Assembly: GCA_002104905.1 (NCBI GenBank)
Contig: MCFE01000631.1
Span: 1-51,336 of the forward strand
Direction: 5' to 3'
Length of the DNA: 51,336 nt
From: Basidiobolus meristosporus CBS 931.73
Taxonomy: Eukaryota > Fungi > Basidiobolomycota
Part shown: positions 49,000 to 51,336 of the stretch, piece by piece
Layout of the letters: the number at the start of each line of letters is the position of its first letter
Position numbering within the stretch: position 1 is the first letter of the stretch
Translations under genes and position numbers: made by a program
Notes under the pieces: generated by a model
What the model saw: only the letters and a program-made list of their open reading frames with translations
Database searches by the model: none
What the model was told of the DNA's origin: nothing

Positions 49000-51336
49000 T
49001 GTTGTAAAAATTCGTATTTCTACCTAAATATTCACCTAACTTAGTTACTTAGATCATTACCTTCAAATCCTAGAAAATACTGACCAAATTCCTTGTCGGG
49101 ATTTACTTAGAATATTTTCACCAAAATACCAGGTACCCAGAACATGAAAATTCTCAAAGTTGTCCAAACAGCCCCAAACTTTGCACACATGTTCTTGGGA
49201 CCTTCCTTAACCTATTCTACGTGTTTGTAATGCCAAGACCAGGTAAAAGTATAAATACCACTTTTACATTCAATAAATCATTAAGTGAAAACCACATAAT
49301 CTACTTGTTCTCCCAATCACTTCCAATATCTCTAAGACTCTTACAACAGGTTATGAGCCCCGAGCTGTCACTCTCTGCAATGTCTACTACTGCTATTACT
49401 GGAATTTTTCCCTCTGCTGAAAAGTTGGATGGATCTAACTACCCAGTGTGGAAGGTGAAGATGAAGATGCTGCTGCAAGAAAGAGGCCTTTGGGATATTG
49501 TCATGGGAGAAGAATGCCCTCCTAAAAACGTGGGAGAGGAAGCCTTAAAGTACCAGAAGAAAGAACAAAGTGCCTTTAACTGCATTTGCCTTAATGTCAA
49601 GGACAAGTTGCTAATTCAATGCTCAAGAGCAAAAACGGCAAAGAATGCCTGGAAAGCATTGGAAGACACATACCAGTCATGTTCAGCTGCCAAGAAAATG
49701 TATCTGAGACAAAAATTCTTTACTACAAAGATGCTGCCAGGAGAAGAAATGAAAAATCTAATTAACAGAATTACCCTGCTGGTAGATGAGATGGAATCTG
49801 TGGGCGTACCAACTACTGATGAGGATGTGATAGTTACCATCCTGAATAGCCTGACAGACAAGTTTCAGGGCCTTGTATCAGCCCTAGAGTCCAGAACTGA
49901 AGATTTGACCTTAAATTACGTATATGGAAGGCTCCTGGATGAAGAATTAAGAAAATCAAGCGCAAATAAGAAGGAAGAAGAAAATGCTTTAATAAGCAAT
50001 GATAACCAACAAAGGAGGTACCCAAGACCCTACAAAGGCAACAGCAACCTATTTTGCAACTACTGCAAAAGGAAAGGACACACATCAGACCGGTGTTCAA
50101 AAAGAGAGATTATCAGCAAAAGAAGCCTGAATATGGAAATGCTGCAACAACTGAAGATAGACTATTCATATCTGCACTAAATATGACCACAAACAAGGAT
50201 TCTCAGACGTGGTATATTGACTCTGGAGCTTCTCAACACTTTACACACCAAAAAGAACTTTTTACCCAATATCAAGAAATTCCAATTAAGAAGGTTTTCA
50301 TGGGTGACAATAGAACACTTGATGCAGTGGGAGAAGGAACTATCCAAGTAAACCTTAGTAGCAGTGAAGGAAGCCATACACTGACCTTTAAAGAAGTACT
50401 CTATGTACCAGAAATAGCCAAGAACCTACTCTCTGTAAGCAAGGCCACAGCAGAAGGACTCAGTTTCAGTTTTGACAATTCTGGATGCAGGATCACTGAT
50501 CAAAATGGTGCCCATATTGCTTCGGGCATCAGAGATCAGAATCTATACAAGTTGAATTATATTCCATCATATCTGGAAGCCAATATAAGTAACTTAAATG
50601 AAGAAACACCAATGCTTTGGCACAGGAGATTTGGACACATCAATTTTGATTATTTGCGTAAAATGATCAAAGATCAGCTAATTTCTGGAGTGAAAATTGA
50701 TCCCCCAGCTAATTTGGAGCACTGTGAAGCCTGCATATATGGGAAACAAGCCAGACAACCGTTCAAGAGCTCTGGGTTAATCAAAACTAAGAAAAAATTA
50801 GATCTAATTCACTCAGATCTGTGTGGACCTATGCAAAATTTATCCTTAGGCGGGATGAAGTATTTAATCACTTTTATTGATGATTATACAAGATACACAT
50901 GGGTCTACTTCATGGAGAGAAAGGAAGAAGCTCTGTCTAAGCTCAGGGAGTTTAAAGCCATGGTGGAGAGAGAAACTGGTGAAAAAATCAAGAAAATACG
51001 CTCTGACAATGGTGGAGAATATACCTCAAAACTCTTCATCCACTTCTGCAAAATTCATGGGATAAAGCAAGAGACTACTGTACCATACTCCCCACAGCAA
51101 AATGGAGTAGCAGAACAAGCTAACAGATCAATAATTGATATGGCAAGATCTATGATCCATGATCAAAAATTATCCTATGATTTTTGGGCGGAATCAGTTG
51201 CCACTGCTGTATATCTTAAAAATAGGAGTTATAACAGAATACTTTGTGATTCTACTCCATTTGAAGCATGGTATGGATACAGACCAAGTGCAGAACATCT
51301 AAGAATATTTGGGTGTACAGCATATGCCAAAAAACT
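49000..51336 (+). mobile_element. Copia family B copy B4 (5' LTR 49000-49348, PBS 49349-49360), inserted antisense in B3 gag; runs off the window
   Basis: B3 gag stops at CTTTG|TGTTGTA. LTR, PBS, gag and pol follow. Confidence 0.95.
49380..51336 (+). CDS. B4 gag-pol, 5' part, one 1-bp deletion near 50096
   Basis: ATG at 49380 (MSTTAIT...), CCHC CNYCKRKGHTSDRC. After the frameshift the frame is open through WYIDSGAS, HSDLCGP, SDNGGEY and NGVAEQANR to the window end. Confidence 0.88.

Overview
Eukaryotic, probably fungal (inferred from element families and the tRNA-iMet-type primer sites), strongly CpG-depleted window made almost entirely of nested transposons. No intact host gene was seen. 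It holds one near-intact Ty1/copia element (4750-9434), a second copia family (B) in four nested copies plus a solo LTR, and three Ty3/gypsy families (A, E, F). It also holds three remnants of an En/Spm-like (CMC) transposase gene and a probable Tc1 remnant. A PIF/Harbinger-superfamily (PHIS) DNA transposon family with AGACTTGTTC termini and 3-bp ANT target duplications occurs as transposase-coding copies, 0.7-kb foldbacks, 211-bp MITEs and a 2-kb cargo-bearing copy. The most unusual item is an old LTR element (11872-20311) with copia-type LTRs, PBS and PPT. Its ~2.6-kb interior shows no gag-pol but has decayed protein-kinase motifs and weaker polo-box-like motifs, suggesting a captured host gene. 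All alignments and counts were made by eye and are approximate.
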